Origin: a virus
Taxonomy: Duplodnaviria > Caudoviricetes
Virus record (IMG/VR): IMGVR_UViG_3300049732_000296
Coordinates: 1-53,002 of that record
Length of the DNA stretch: 53,002 nt
Strand: one strand, 5' to 3'
Both the position numbers and the translations under genes were made by a program. The notes beneath the pieces are model-generated. The model saw only the letters and a list, made by a program, of their open reading frames with translations, had not been told where the DNA came from and did no database searches. Shown piece after piece: positions 33,151-42,441 of this stretch (position 1 is the stretch's first letter; every line of letters starts with the position of its first letter).

Positions 33151-33300
33151 TAGACCTTTTGGACCTTTGAGACCTTTTCCTACTACTCTATATCTCATTC
33201 TCTTTCTTATATTTTCTATTCCTCTATTCACCTTACACGTAGCCGGAAAAGGTCTCTGAGGTCTCGAAGGTCTATCCTCTATGTAGACCTAATAGACCTA
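33151..33300. repeat. putative replication origin: GACCT iterons around an AT-rich core
   Basis: GACCT at 33153/33162/33171, inverted at 33250/33259/33268, direct at 33286/33295; AT-rich 33181-33240. Confidence 0.7.
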
Positions 33301-35262
33301 TTGGGGTGCTTCCAGCCTGTATGTTTTTCGTGGCGCCCCTCCTTCGGCGCGGATGATCCAGTCACCGACCGGGGTGTCGGAGTGCTTGCGCAGCACCGAC
33401 ATCGAGAACGCTGTCTGTCTCCCGCGCTCCGTCGTGGCCTTCAACTCGTACTGGAAGACGCCAATCTCCTCGGCGAGCGCGACGAGCTGCGCGGCCGTCA
33501 AGCTCTCGTCCGGATACTTCGTCGCCCAGGCCTCTACAAACGCGCGCAGGTCCTCGCCGTGGGGGTCGGCCTGGCGGGACCACTCCCTCTCGTTCGAGCG
33601 CCACTTGAGGAAGAGATTGGCGTTGAGGATTCCGCCGACGACCTGGGACCAGCGTTCGAATCCGCCCTTGAGTACGAGGTGACTCTTCCTGCCGTTGTCC
33701 CGCCAGCGGACCACCATCCCGATCAGCGAGCCGAGCACGTCGCGCCTGAGGGCTACGACGTGCGCCGGAAGGTCGGGGTGCTTGAAGTCCGCCCTGTCCT
33801 CCGGATGGTCGGTCTCCGGCTGCAGCTGGATCGGCACCGTGCGCTTCACGAGCTCGCCGGTGGCCCGCACGTTGTTCCCGCTGGCCACGATCGTCGTGTG
33901 GTTGGGCAGCTCGACGATCTTCGACTCGCCCAACGGGCGGCCGGAGTAGTAGCTCGAGGTGATCAGGGATGAGAGCGCCGCGGAGTCCAGGTACTCCCGA
34001 ACGTTGTCCAGGTGAACGACCGTGTCGCCACGGAGGAGTAGCGCCAGGATGCGCTTGTCGCGCTCCTCGTCGTTGCCCGTGAGTTGCATCGCCGGCGTCG
34101 GGCGGCCGAGTATGATCCCGCCGAGGACCTGTTCGGCCAGCTTGGTCTTCCCCGTGCGCTCGAGCGGGCTCAGGAGTAGGTGCATCGGCACGTTGCCGCC
34201 GAGCGCGGGGCGCAGGATCGGGCTCAGGAGGAGGCCGTAGAAGTTCTGCCTGGAGGCCTGATCCTTGAAGGGGAAGTCTTCGGTGAGCTGCTGCAGGACC
34301 TCATGCGCGCGTTCGTCGGTGATCGCTGGCAGGTCCTCGAGGCCCGGCGGCTCGTCGTAGTACACTCCGCCGCTGTTCCAGCCCCCACGGGCGAGCTCGA
34401 AGGACTCGAGGAAGCACGGATACGGGACCAGCAGGCGGAGGTTTCGCACCGTGGGATGGATGCCCGCGGCGTCGAGCAGGATCGACCCGTGGTCGCGGCT
34501 GCAGTTGACGTACACCTTGACCGGGTCGGGGTCGGTGCGCTTCTTCTGCCAGCGGACCAGGCGCACGTGTTGGTCGACCAGGACGCGCAGCCGGCTGTTG
34601 GTCAGCATGCGGAAGTGGCGATCGCCCTGAGGGCCGACGATCTCGCCGGCGATGTCGCCACGGCGATAAAGGACGCCAGGTGGTATGGCCCGCAGGACCT
34701 GGTCGGCGAACTCGTGCTGCCCGATCTCCAGGTAGTTGTTCGCGTCGTCCATATGCGCGCCCGGGGTGAGGACCTCTGGCAGCGCGCGGGAGCCGACGTC
34801 CTGCTGCATGAGAAGGCCGGCGTAGTACTCGACGTGCGAGCTTTTGTACGACCCGTCGAGCAGCTCGCCCAGGTACGCCGGACCTCCGACCATCAGCAGG
34901 CGATCGCCGAGGGCTCGCCGGACGGTTACGAGATCGATCGGCGCCCGGTCGGCATGGACCGACGCGATCGCCTCGTAGATCAGCTGGTGGCGGTGGCGGC
35001 GGAAGTGGGAGGAGACCAGACCGTCGGGGACGGGAGCGCCGAGCAGGATCGAGGCCAGGACCGCGCGTTCAGTGTTGTCGTCCGCTTTGGGGGTGTTGTC
35101 AGCTCTGGGCGTGTCGTCCGCGACGCAGACTGGCTCCTCGGTCCTGGCCGCCGGCGCCGCGGGCGTGGTAGCCGGCTCGGAGATCTCAGGCGGGGGGAGC
35201 TCGAGATCGTCTGGATCGAGGTCGTCGTGCATCACATGTACCCGCGGGCCCGTAGCTCGCAC
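33298..35262 (-). CDS. replication protein: DnaB N-terminal-like domain fused to AAA/SF3-like ATPase
   Basis: ERAVLASILL...HQLIYEAI...IDLVTV...GGPAYL; RTGKT, HLDN, SGNN; start uncertain. Confidence 0.75.
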   Translation of the reverse strand: MRATGPRVHVMHDDLDPDDLELPPPEISEPATTPAAPAARTEEPVCVADDTPRADNTPKADDNTERAVLASILLGAPVPDGLVSSHFRRHRHQLIYEAIASVHADRAPIDLVTVRRALGDRLLMVGGPAYLGELLDGSYKSSHVEYYAGLLMQQDVGSRALPEVLTPGAHMDDANNYLEIGQHEFADQVLRAIPPGVLYRRGDIAGEIVGPQGDRHFRMLTNSRLRVLVDQHVRLVRWQKKRTDPDPVKVYVNCSRDHGSILLDAAGIHPTVRNLRLLVPYPCFLESFELARGGWNSGGVYYDEPPGLEDLPAITDERAHEVLQQLTEDFPFKDQASRQNFYGLLLSPILRPALGGNVPMHLLLSPLERTGKTKLAEQVLGGIILGRPTPAMQLTGNDEERDKRILALLLRGDTVVHLDNVREYLDSAALSSLITSSYYSGRPLGESKIVELPNHTTIVASGNNVRATGELVKRTVPIQLQPETDHPEDRADFKHPDLPAHVVALRRDVLGSLIGMVVRWRDNGRKSHLVLKGGFERWSQVVGGILNANLFLKWRSNEREWSRQADPHGEDLRAFVEAWATKYPDESLTAAQLVALAEEIGVFQYELKATTERGRQTAFSMSVLRKHSDTPVGDWIIRAEGGAPRKTYRLEAPQ

Positions 35263-35555
35263 GCGACGTCGTCGACGGAGCGCGCCAGGATGTAGACCCC
35301 GTTGAAACGCTCGATCATCCGGGCGAACGCACCCTGCTGCCCAGTGGCCCGGCCGGTGGCGGACTTGACCTCGATCTCCAGCCGCTTGCCGTCCGGGAGG
35401 ATGCCCGTGAGGTCCGCGGACCCTGGTAGGCCGTAGCGGACCACCTGCGCGCCGTCGGGCGTGATAGCCACGCCGGTATTGTTCCTCCAGAGGCGCATGT
35501 CGCTCCGCGTGGCGAAGGCCTTGAGGATGGAGTTCTGGATCTGCTTCTCGGTCAC
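35232..35555 (-). CDS. VRR-NUC domain nuclease
   Basis: EKQIQ, GSADL, IEVKS..GR....Q. Confidence 0.85.
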   Translation of the reverse strand: MTEKQIQNSILKAFATRSDMRLWRNNTGVAITPDGAQVVRYGLPGSADLTGILPDGKRLEIEVKSATGRATGQQGAFARMIERFNGVYILARSVDDVACELRARGYM

Positions 35556-35728
35556 CGCTCGTCGCTCTCGAAAAGACGGTCCGTTCTCGGGGCGGGATCG
35601 AGCTCTCTGTCGACTCGCCGCTCGTAGTCTCGTGCGGCCCGCAACAGCTCGGGCCGTCGGTGCTGGAAGTAGTCCCGCTGGGCGCGACGCATGTCGCGGA
35701 CGAGGTGGCGGAAGTCCTGATCGGTCAC
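35552..35728 (-). CDS. small hypothetical phage protein
   Basis: GTGA overlaps at both ends; MRRAQRDYF. Confidence 0.6.
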   Translation of the reverse strand: MTDQDFRHLVRDMRRAQRDYFQHRRPELLRAARDYERRVDRELDPAPRTDRLFESDER

Positions 35729-37269
35729 GCACTCCTCTCCCGCCGGGCGAACCGCGGCCACTGACCGAACATGGCCTTGAACTGGTAACCGGCCCAGCCT
35801 GGCTTGTAGCCCTTCGACTCAGCGACGAAGAGCAGCTGCTCGTAGGCGCGGCGCTTCTGGTCTGGCGTCGCCGTCGAGGCCTCGACGAGCTGGCTATCGA
35901 CCACCAGAGGCTTGAAGCCGAACATCGCGACGAACCTATGGAACGACCACCCCTCCCGGTAGCCGAAGCGCTTCCGACGCCACTCCAGGCTCTCCCACGC
36001 CGCGCGCTGCGCCTCAATCGACGGCCTCAGACGCGCGGCATCGGAGAACGCAACGAGCTCGCCCGGGCGTTCCTCCGGGAGCGATGGCTTGAATTGGTGG
36101 CCGCACTCCGGGCACTCCGGCGTGCCCGGGTCGACGAGCAGATAGCAGTCCGGGCACCGCCGCCCGGGCGAGGCCTCGGGGTCCTTGTCGCGCGCCTTGG
36201 GGTGGACGTCGTCCTCGAGGGAATAGTCCAGGCGCTGGATGACTGTTCCGTGCCGGAGGTGGTTCCCCGCGTGGTCGAGGACGATCGCTCCCAGCTTCTC
36301 GGGCGCAGAGCGCATGACGCGCCCGAGCATCTGCAGGTGGAGGCAGAGCGACGCCGTCGGCCGAGCGATGATCGCTACCTCGAGCGCCGGCAGGTCCCAC
36401 CCCTCGGTGAGGACCATGCACTGGCTGACGACGTGGGTGTATCCGATCTTCAGCCGGTGGAGGATCGCGTCGCGCATGGTCCTGCAAGTGCCGCCATCCA
36501 GGTGCTCTGCCCTGACGCCAGCCTCCTTGAAGGCCTCGACGATCTTGTTGGAGTGCGCGACGTTGACCGCGAAGCACACCGTCCTTTTGGCCGTGCCACC
36601 GGAGCAGCCGCGCTGAAACCAGGTCTTCACGATGTCCCCGGTGATCTTGGTCTTCGACATCGCGGCGAAGACGTCGCCCTCGCGGAACTCGCCGTGGACG
36701 ACCTTGACGCCGGAGAGGTCCGGGGTCGCCGGCGCGTACACGATCGGCTCGACGAGGGTCCCGTCCTGGCAGAGCTCGTCGGGGTAGCAAGCGACCACGA
36801 TCGATCCGAAGATGTCGCCGAGGCCCTTGCCGTCGAGCCGGAAGGGTGTCGCGGTCAGGCCCACCACGGGCCGGCCCTGGTAGTGATCGAGGACCTGGCG
36901 GTAGGTCGACGCACGCGCGTGGTGACACTCGTCCATCACCACCAGGTCGACGTCCGGAAGTGTGCGGCGCGCGAGCGTCTGGATCGATGCGACCTGCACA
37001 TGTGCCTTACGGTCGGCAGCCTGGCCCGCCATGATGATCCCGCACCGGAGGCCGTTGTCACGTAGAGAGCGCGCGGCCTGCTGGATCAACTCCCTGCGGT
37101 GCGCGAGCCACAGCGTGCGGAGCTGGAGCTCGCGCACCAGCGCGGCGGCTGTAACCGTTTTTCCGGCGCCGGTGGGCATCGTGAGGATCGGCCGCTCGTG
37201 GAGCTTGCCCGTGAGCTGCGCGATTGCCTCAGCCTGGTAGGGCCGCAGCGTCGGGAGAGCAGGTGTCAC
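35725..37269 (-). CDS. SF2 DEAD/DEAH helicase (RadD/YejH-like)
   Basis: LRPYQ, PTGAGKT, DECH, LTATP, QMLGR, CPDC/CPEC. Confidence 0.93.
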   Translation of the reverse strand: MTPALPTLRPYQAEAIAQLTGKLHERPILTMPTGAGKTVTAAALVRELQLRTLWLAHRRELIQQAARSLRDNGLRCGIIMAGQAADRKAHVQVASIQTLARRTLPDVDLVVMDECHHARASTYRQVLDHYQGRPVVGLTATPFRLDGKGLGDIFGSIVVACYPDELCQDGTLVEPIVYAPATPDLSGVKVVHGEFREGDVFAAMSKTKITGDIVKTWFQRGCSGGTAKRTVCFAVNVAHSNKIVEAFKEAGVRAEHLDGGTCRTMRDAILHRLKIGYTHVVSQCMVLTEGWDLPALEVAIIARPTASLCLHLQMLGRVMRSAPEKLGAIVLDHAGNHLRHGTVIQRLDYSLEDDVHPKARDKDPEASPGRRCPDCYLLVDPGTPECPECGHQFKPSLPEERPGELVAFSDAARLRPSIEAQRAAWESLEWRRKRFGYREGWSFHRFVAMFGFKPLVVDSQLVEASTATPDQKRRAYEQLLFVAESKGYKPGWAGYQFKAMFGQWPRFARRERSA

Positions 37270-38801
37270 TTGGATGCCTTGGCCTTCTTTCGCTTCCGGA
37301 CGTTCTTGGCCTTCTCCCCGGACCCCGAGTTCGGCGGGGAGGCTTTCGGGGCCTCGACGGGCGCGGCGGCGTTGAGGATCTTCTCGACGTCGACGTTGAA
37401 GGCCTTCGCCTGCTTCGGGAAGTGCTGATATGCGCCGTAGAACGTCGCGTCGCGGTGCAGGACCGCGAAGGCGAGGTGCCGGACCAGCTCCTCGGCCGTC
37501 GTGCCGCGCGGGAAGAGCTTCTTCATGGCGACCGAGTCGGTGCGATTCATCACCCCTTCGACGAGGGTCTTCTCGATCAGGCTGCCGGGCCCCACGGGAG
37601 CCTTGGCGACCGCTTCCGAGACGGCCTCGAGGATCGCCGGCCGCGCCTTGACCCAGCGTTTCCGCTCTACCTCCTCCTGCTCCCGTGCCGCCGCGCGCTT
37701 GGCCTCCTCCCGCTCCCAACGCTGCTGTTCGTTGCCGCCGCCGTTCTTGGCGCGCCTCGCCTTCTCCTTCTGCTCCTTGCCCCAGTGCGTGGTGCACTTC
37801 TCCTTCGCCACGCAGACCCTGAAGGCCTCGCCGCGCTCAGGGCCCACGACGACGACCCCGACGACCGAGTGATTGCAGGCCTTCGACCCGTGCTTACCGT
37901 CGGCGCGCTTCCACGACCGCGGCCCGTAGGTGTGTCCGTCGCGCGTTTCGGGCGCGATGTAGTGGTCGTGGGTGATGGGGACGATCTTCTCGGCCTTCTC
38001 GGTCGCGGCGCCGAGCGTGGCCACGGTCTCGGGGAACAGGACCGGGTCCGGCGCCTTCTCGAAGCGGACGTTCTTGTCGATCCAGGCCTGAAACTCCCGG
38101 ACGGTCACGGCCTTGACGGGCTCCTCGGGGCCGTCTTCGGCCTCGCCGTCGTTGTTCGGATTCCACAGCAGCTGCTCGGGCGAGAGCAGCGCGCCGATCT
38201 GCATCGCGCGCTCCTGGTCCTTCTTCGAGAGCCTGGCGAGTGGGATCGCGTGCCCGACGGCGATCGTGCCGTCCAGGAACAGCTTCCGCGCCGCCGGCGA
38301 CAGCCCGAGCAGCGCGACGCGGTCGTAGACGTACCGCGCGGGCCGGCCGATCCGCTCCCCGATGCGCTCCGCGGTGTAGCCGTGCTTCTTCGACATGAGC
38401 GCCCGGTAGCCCTCCGCCTCCTCGAGGGGGTGGACGTCGGCGCGCTGCAGGTTCTCGATGACCTGGACCTCGAGGACCTCGACGTCGCTCAGCTCGCGGA
38501 CGACGACGGGGATCTCCTCGAGGCCGGCGGCCTGGGCCGCGCGGAGGCGCCGCTGACCGCAGACGAGCTCGTAGGCTCCGTTCTGGGTGCCCACGCCTAC
38601 TGGGACAGGGCGCACCAGCACGGGCTGCAGGACGCCCTTCGTCCGTACCGACGCGGTCAGCTCCTCGAGGAGCTTCTCGTCGAGATGCTTCCTCGGGTTA
38701 GATTTCGAGATCGAGATGCGATGCAGCGGCAGCGCTGAAGGCGACCCGCCCTGAGAGACGGCGGGCGATGGGTCTGTCGTCGGGATCGAACTCCTCGTCA
38801 T
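37266..38801 (-). CDS. ParB/RepB/Spo0J family protein
   Basis: NPRK, GVLQPVLVR, GQRRLRAA, ENLQR; AAGGAGG RBS. Confidence 0.88.
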   Translation of the reverse strand: MTRSSIPTTDPSPAVSQGGSPSALPLHRISISKSNPRKHLDEKLLEELTASVRTKGVLQPVLVRPVPVGVGTQNGAYELVCGQRRLRAAQAAGLEEIPVVVRELSDVEVLEVQVIENLQRADVHPLEEAEGYRALMSKKHGYTAERIGERIGRPARYVYDRVALLGLSPAARKLFLDGTIAVGHAIPLARLSKKDQERAMQIGALLSPEQLLWNPNNDGEAEDGPEEPVKAVTVREFQAWIDKNVRFEKAPDPVLFPETVATLGAATEKAEKIVPITHDHYIAPETRDGHTYGPRSWKRADGKHGSKACNHSVVGVVVVGPERGEAFRVCVAKEKCTTHWGKEQKEKARRAKNGGGNEQQRWEREEAKRAAAREQEEVERKRWVKARPAILEAVSEAVAKAPVGPGSLIEKTLVEGVMNRTDSVAMKKLFPRGTTAEELVRHLAFAVLHRDATFYGAYQHFPKQAKAFNVDVEKILNAAAPVEAPKASPPNSGSGEKAKNVRKRKKAKASK

Positions 38802-38946
38802 CCTGAAATTCCTCCTTCGCGCGACGGTAAAGGTCCTCGGCCGCCGTGGCGCATGAGCTGCAGAGCTCGGGCCCGACCCAGAAGCACGGGCCATCGGGCG
38901 TCGCGCAAGCCCGATCGTCCGTGCATCCGCAGCCGACGCAGGTCAT
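38698..38946 (-). CDS. small zinc-finger protein
   Basis: CVGCGCTDDRAC...CFWV...LCSSC. Confidence 0.65.
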   Translation of the reverse strand: MTCVGCGCTDDRACATPDGPCFWVGPELCSSCATAAEDLYRRAKEEFQDDEEFDPDDRPIARRLSGRVAFSAAAASHLDLEI

Positions 38947-39533
38947 TGGGATAGCGCCTGCCAGGCGCGCTGCACCGCGACGAACAGGTCGTGGGAGCCT
39001 CCGGTGTCGGGATGAGCCTTGTGCTGCGCCTCCCGGAGTGCCCGCTTGGCGACGTCCGGGTCCGTGAGAATCTCGCCCGCCGAGAACTCGGTCATCTGCG
39101 ACAGGATGCGGGCCGCCTCCTCGCGCCCGGTCGCGGGCTCGGGGAGTTGCTTCCATCCCGTGTACTGCTCGCCGTAGCGGTCCAGCGTGCGGAGGTGGTT
39201 AAGTCCGAGGGCCACGGCCCGGATGTTGTCCGCGTAGTTGTCGAAGGTGTCGCACGGGAATTTCAGCGTGCCGTACTTCTTGGTTTGGATCACGAGCACG
39301 ATGCCGGGATGTTCCGGCCGTGCCGATGCGCGCGGCCGCCCGCTGAGTGTGATATCGGCCTCAGAGATCGCCATGAGCAAGAGCACGTCGTCGGTGCCGG
39401 CGCCGAGGTGGCGCAGTTCGCTCTCGAGTAGTTCCATGGTCGAGCCCCATTGGGCCTTGAACCGCGCGCGCTGGCGCTTCTGGGGCGGCGTGATCTTCCC
39501 CGGCCACTTGTCGATCGGTCGAGTTGTCAGCAT
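38943..39533 (-). CDS. protein with C-terminal J-domain (DnaJ-like)
   Basis: AHPDTGGSHDLFVAVQRAW (HPD motif). Confidence 0.8.
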   Translation of the reverse strand: MLTTRPIDKWPGKITPPQKRQRARFKAQWGSTMELLESELRHLGAGTDDVLLLMAISEADITLSGRPRASARPEHPGIVLVIQTKKYGTLKFPCDTFDNYADNIRAVALGLNHLRTLDRYGEQYTGWKQLPEPATGREEAARILSQMTEFSAGEILTDPDVAKRALREAQHKAHPDTGGSHDLFVAVQRAWQALSQ

Positions 39534-39542
39534 GGTTGCTTT

Positions 39543-41945
39543 CTATGCCACTACGCCCGCCTCGACGGAGACACGCCCGCCTTCGACGAGCAGCCTGACG
39601 TCGGCGGCCTCCTGGACTTCCTTCTGGTGCGACACGAACAGGACCTGCGCGAACCCTCCGAGCTCGCGCGCGCGCCGGAGCATGGAGACGTAGGCGCTCG
39701 CGTTGTCCGGATCGAGGGCTCCGGCCGTCTCGTCCCGCCACATCGTCCGGTAGCGGATGCCCGACTTGCGCGCGTTGAAGATCGCGATCGCCAGACCGAG
39801 GGCCTCGCCCACAATGACGCGCTCCCCTCCCGACAGCGCCTCGACCTGCCGCTCGGCGCCGCCGTCGTAGACGCGCACGTCGAAGGCTTCGGAGTACTCG
39901 CCCGGCGAGCTCTTCTTCTCCCGCAGGGTTTCGAACGTCAGGGAGAACCGCGGGCCGTAGCACGCGGCGAGCAGCTCGTTCGTGAGCCGCGCGACCTCCG
40001 GGCCCGCGGCGTCGATCTCGAGCGCCTGCACGCCGTCTCGGCCGAGAGCCGTGGCCAGGAGGTTCCAGTCCCCGAGCCCGGTCTCGTGGGCCTGGATCGC
40101 TCGCCTGTGGTCGGTGAGAGCGTTCTCCTTCTCGCGCAGCGCTGTGATGCGCGTCAGGACCTCGGTGGCGGATCGGTCGGCGGTGCGGAGGGTCGCCTCC
40201 GCGGTCTCGCGCGTCGTCCTCGCCTTGGTGACGCGAGTCTCCGCGATGGAGACGTCCTCGATATCGGCCCGGGCCTTCAGCAGCTCGGCCTGGGCCTCGG
40301 TGTGCCGGTGTGCCGCGACCTCGCGGGCGACCCGCGCGCTGCTGATCTGCTCGTCGACGTCGAGCATCTCGCCGGCGAGATGCTCGGAGATCTGGGCACG
40401 GGCGTGCTCGGCTGCCTGGCGCTCGTTCGCGATCGTGGAACGGTCGTGATCGAGGTCCTGCTGGAGCCTGGCCTCCTCGCCGGCGAGCGCGGCGAGTTGC
40501 TCGCGGGCCTGGCTCGCGGCGCGAGCGTTGGCGACGGTCTCGCGGAGGGCGGGGAGCCGGAGCCTCCCGGCCTCGATCTCTTTCCGCCTCGCCAGGGGTC
40601 CGGCATCGGGCATGTCGAGGACGAGGACCCCGAGAGTCCCGAGCGTATCCAGTTGCGCGGCCGCGGCGTTGGCGTCGGCGAGCAAGGGGCACTTCGCCGC
40701 GAGATGTCTCACCGCCAACGGAGCGGGCGGCATGCAGGGAGGATCGTCCGGGTTGTCTCCGGGATCGAGAGGCGACCATTCCTGGGCTTCGGTGCACGGC
40801 ACCTTCCCGCGCAGCTCCGCGGCGCGGCGCAGCCGGTTCTCCTCTTGGCGCCGCTGTTCGATTGCGAGCGCCATGGCCTCCGCTTCCCGCTCTGCGGCTC
40901 TCAGGGCTTCGAGCTCGGCCTCGATCGCGTCGATCTCCTCCTGGGCGGCGTCGGCGTCGCCGGCCTTCGCGATCGCGGCCTCAAGGTTCCGCCGGCGGGT
41001 AGCGAGCCCATCGCGCGCCATGGAGTGTCGGCTCGTGAGGTCCCGGAGTCGCCGATCCAGGGCCCCGAGGTCGTACGCCTTCAGCTGATCGTCCGCGGCA
41101 CGCCTCAGCTTCCCTGGCCTGGCCTCCGTGTCGGCGACGTGAGCGCTGGCCTGGGTCAACGAGAGTCGAGCCGCCTGCTCGGCCTGGACGAGCGCGGCGA
41201 TCCGCTCCTCCGCGCCTCTGGCGCGCGCGAGGGCCTCGGTTGCCGCCGTCTCCTCCATGCGGGCCTTGTCGAGGGCGCCCGCGGCCGTGTCGAGCGCCAT
41301 CTGGGCGTCTCGTAGACGAGCCTCCAGCCCGGGGAGCGCCTGCAGCTCGTTCTCGACCGCCGCGGCGAGAGCCCGCTCCCGGTCGAGGCCCCTCTCTTCC
41401 ATGCCAGCCTGTTGCTTCGCGCTCTCGTGTAGGACCTGCAGCCGCGAGAGCCCGAGCAGCTCCACGAAGAGCGCCTTGCGCTCTGTGGCCTTCATCTGGA
41501 GGAACGATCCGCGCTTGCTCTGGCAGGCGAAGACACTCGACAGGAACAGTTCGAGCGAGCCGAAGCGCTTCGAGATCTCGGCGTCGAACTCGGCCGCCCG
41601 GCCGCTTGTGACCGCGTGCATCTCTCCGGGGACGCCGACGAAAACGTACGACTCCAGGGTTCTCTTCTCGGCGTCAATCTGCAGGCGGACCGTGACTTGC
41701 TGGCCCTGGTCGTCCCATGTGGTCTCGACGTAGGAGCCTCGGCCGGTGCAGTGTTCGTACAAGCTCCCGGGCCTGGTGGGGAGCGTCTTGTAGAGGCTCG
41801 CCGGCGCGGACTCGAAAAGAGTCGTCTTGCCCGCGCCGTTGGGACCCACGACGGCGATGAGGCCATCGCCGAGGCCCTCGAAGTCGACCTCGACGGGGTC
41901 GGTGAAGCGGGTCAGGCCGCGGAAGCGGAGGGAGGTCAGTTGCAC
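39543..41945 (-). CDS. SbcC/Rad50-like SMC ATPase
   Basis: GPNGAGKT, long coiled coil, LSGGE, DE Walker B, VSH. Confidence 0.9.
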   Translation of the reverse strand: MQLTSLRFRGLTRFTDPVEVDFEGLGDGLIAVVGPNGAGKTTLFESAPASLYKTLPTRPGSLYEHCTGRGSYVETTWDDQGQQVTVRLQIDAEKRTLESYVFVGVPGEMHAVTSGRAAEFDAEISKRFGSLELFLSSVFACQSKRGSFLQMKATERKALFVELLGLSRLQVLHESAKQQAGMEERGLDRERALAAAVENELQALPGLEARLRDAQMALDTAAGALDKARMEETAATEALARARGAEERIAALVQAEQAARLSLTQASAHVADTEARPGKLRRAADDQLKAYDLGALDRRLRDLTSRHSMARDGLATRRRNLEAAIAKAGDADAAQEEIDAIEAELEALRAAEREAEAMALAIEQRRQEENRLRRAAELRGKVPCTEAQEWSPLDPGDNPDDPPCMPPAPLAVRHLAAKCPLLADANAAAAQLDTLGTLGVLVLDMPDAGPLARRKEIEAGRLRLPALRETVANARAASQAREQLAALAGEEARLQQDLDHDRSTIANERQAAEHARAQISEHLAGEMLDVDEQISSARVAREVAAHRHTEAQAELLKARADIEDVSIAETRVTKARTTRETAEATLRTADRSATEVLTRITALREKENALTDHRRAIQAHETGLGDWNLLATALGRDGVQALEIDAAGPEVARLTNELLAACYGPRFSLTFETLREKKSSPGEYSEAFDVRVYDGGAERQVEALSGGERVIVGEALGLAIAIFNARKSGIRYRTMWRDETAGALDPDNASAYVSMLRRARELGGFAQVLFVSHQKEVQEAADVRLLVEGGRVSVEAGVVA

Positions 41946-42217
41946 AGCTCGCTCCCCCGCCCGACTCTCGTAGCGCACGCGCGGCATTCCGGGTGCCCCT
42001 GCTTGGTGCGGTCGTCCTCGGACACCGGGAGGCCGCAGCTCGTGGAGGCGAAGAACACCGGGCGGCCGGCGAAGGTGCTGCCTTGCGAGACTCCCTGTGA
42101 GCCCCCGGTCGCCAGGGCGTGCCACACGCCGTGGTGGCGGACGATCCGGACGGGCCGCGACTCGGCGGCGTCCATGCGTTCGCGGAGACGGAAGGCTCCG
42201 CCGCGGTTGCCGGTCAT
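41936..42217 (-). CDS. hypothetical protein
   Basis: 93 aa in operon orientation with overlaps. Confidence 0.45.
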   Translation of the reverse strand: MTGNRGGAFRLRERMDAAESRPVRIVRHHGVWHALATGGSQGVSQGSTFAGRPVFFASTSCGLPVSEDDRTKQGHPECRACATRVGRGSELCN

Positions 42218-42441
42218 CTCCGCCTCGTCTTGGTCTTCGGCGTCCCAACGTCCTGAACAGTGAAGGTTCTCGGATGGAAGTCGGAGTCGTTCCAGATCGC
42301 CTCCATCAGGGCGCAGCGAACGGCGTTGGAGTCGAGAGCGTCGACGAGAGCGCGATCGAACCTCTTGCCCCCAGCCTCCGTCTCGATGCCGTGGGGGCCG
42401 AAGTCGAACAGGTACATCACGGCCACGGCTCGCTTACCCAT
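42214..42441 (-). CDS. hypothetical protein
   Basis: TAATG coupling after SbcD-like gene; MGKRAVAV... Confidence 0.5.
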   Translation of the reverse strand: MGKRAVAVMYLFDFGPHGIETEAGGKRFDRALVDALDSNAVRCALMEAIWNDSDFHPRTFTVQDVGTPKTKTRRR

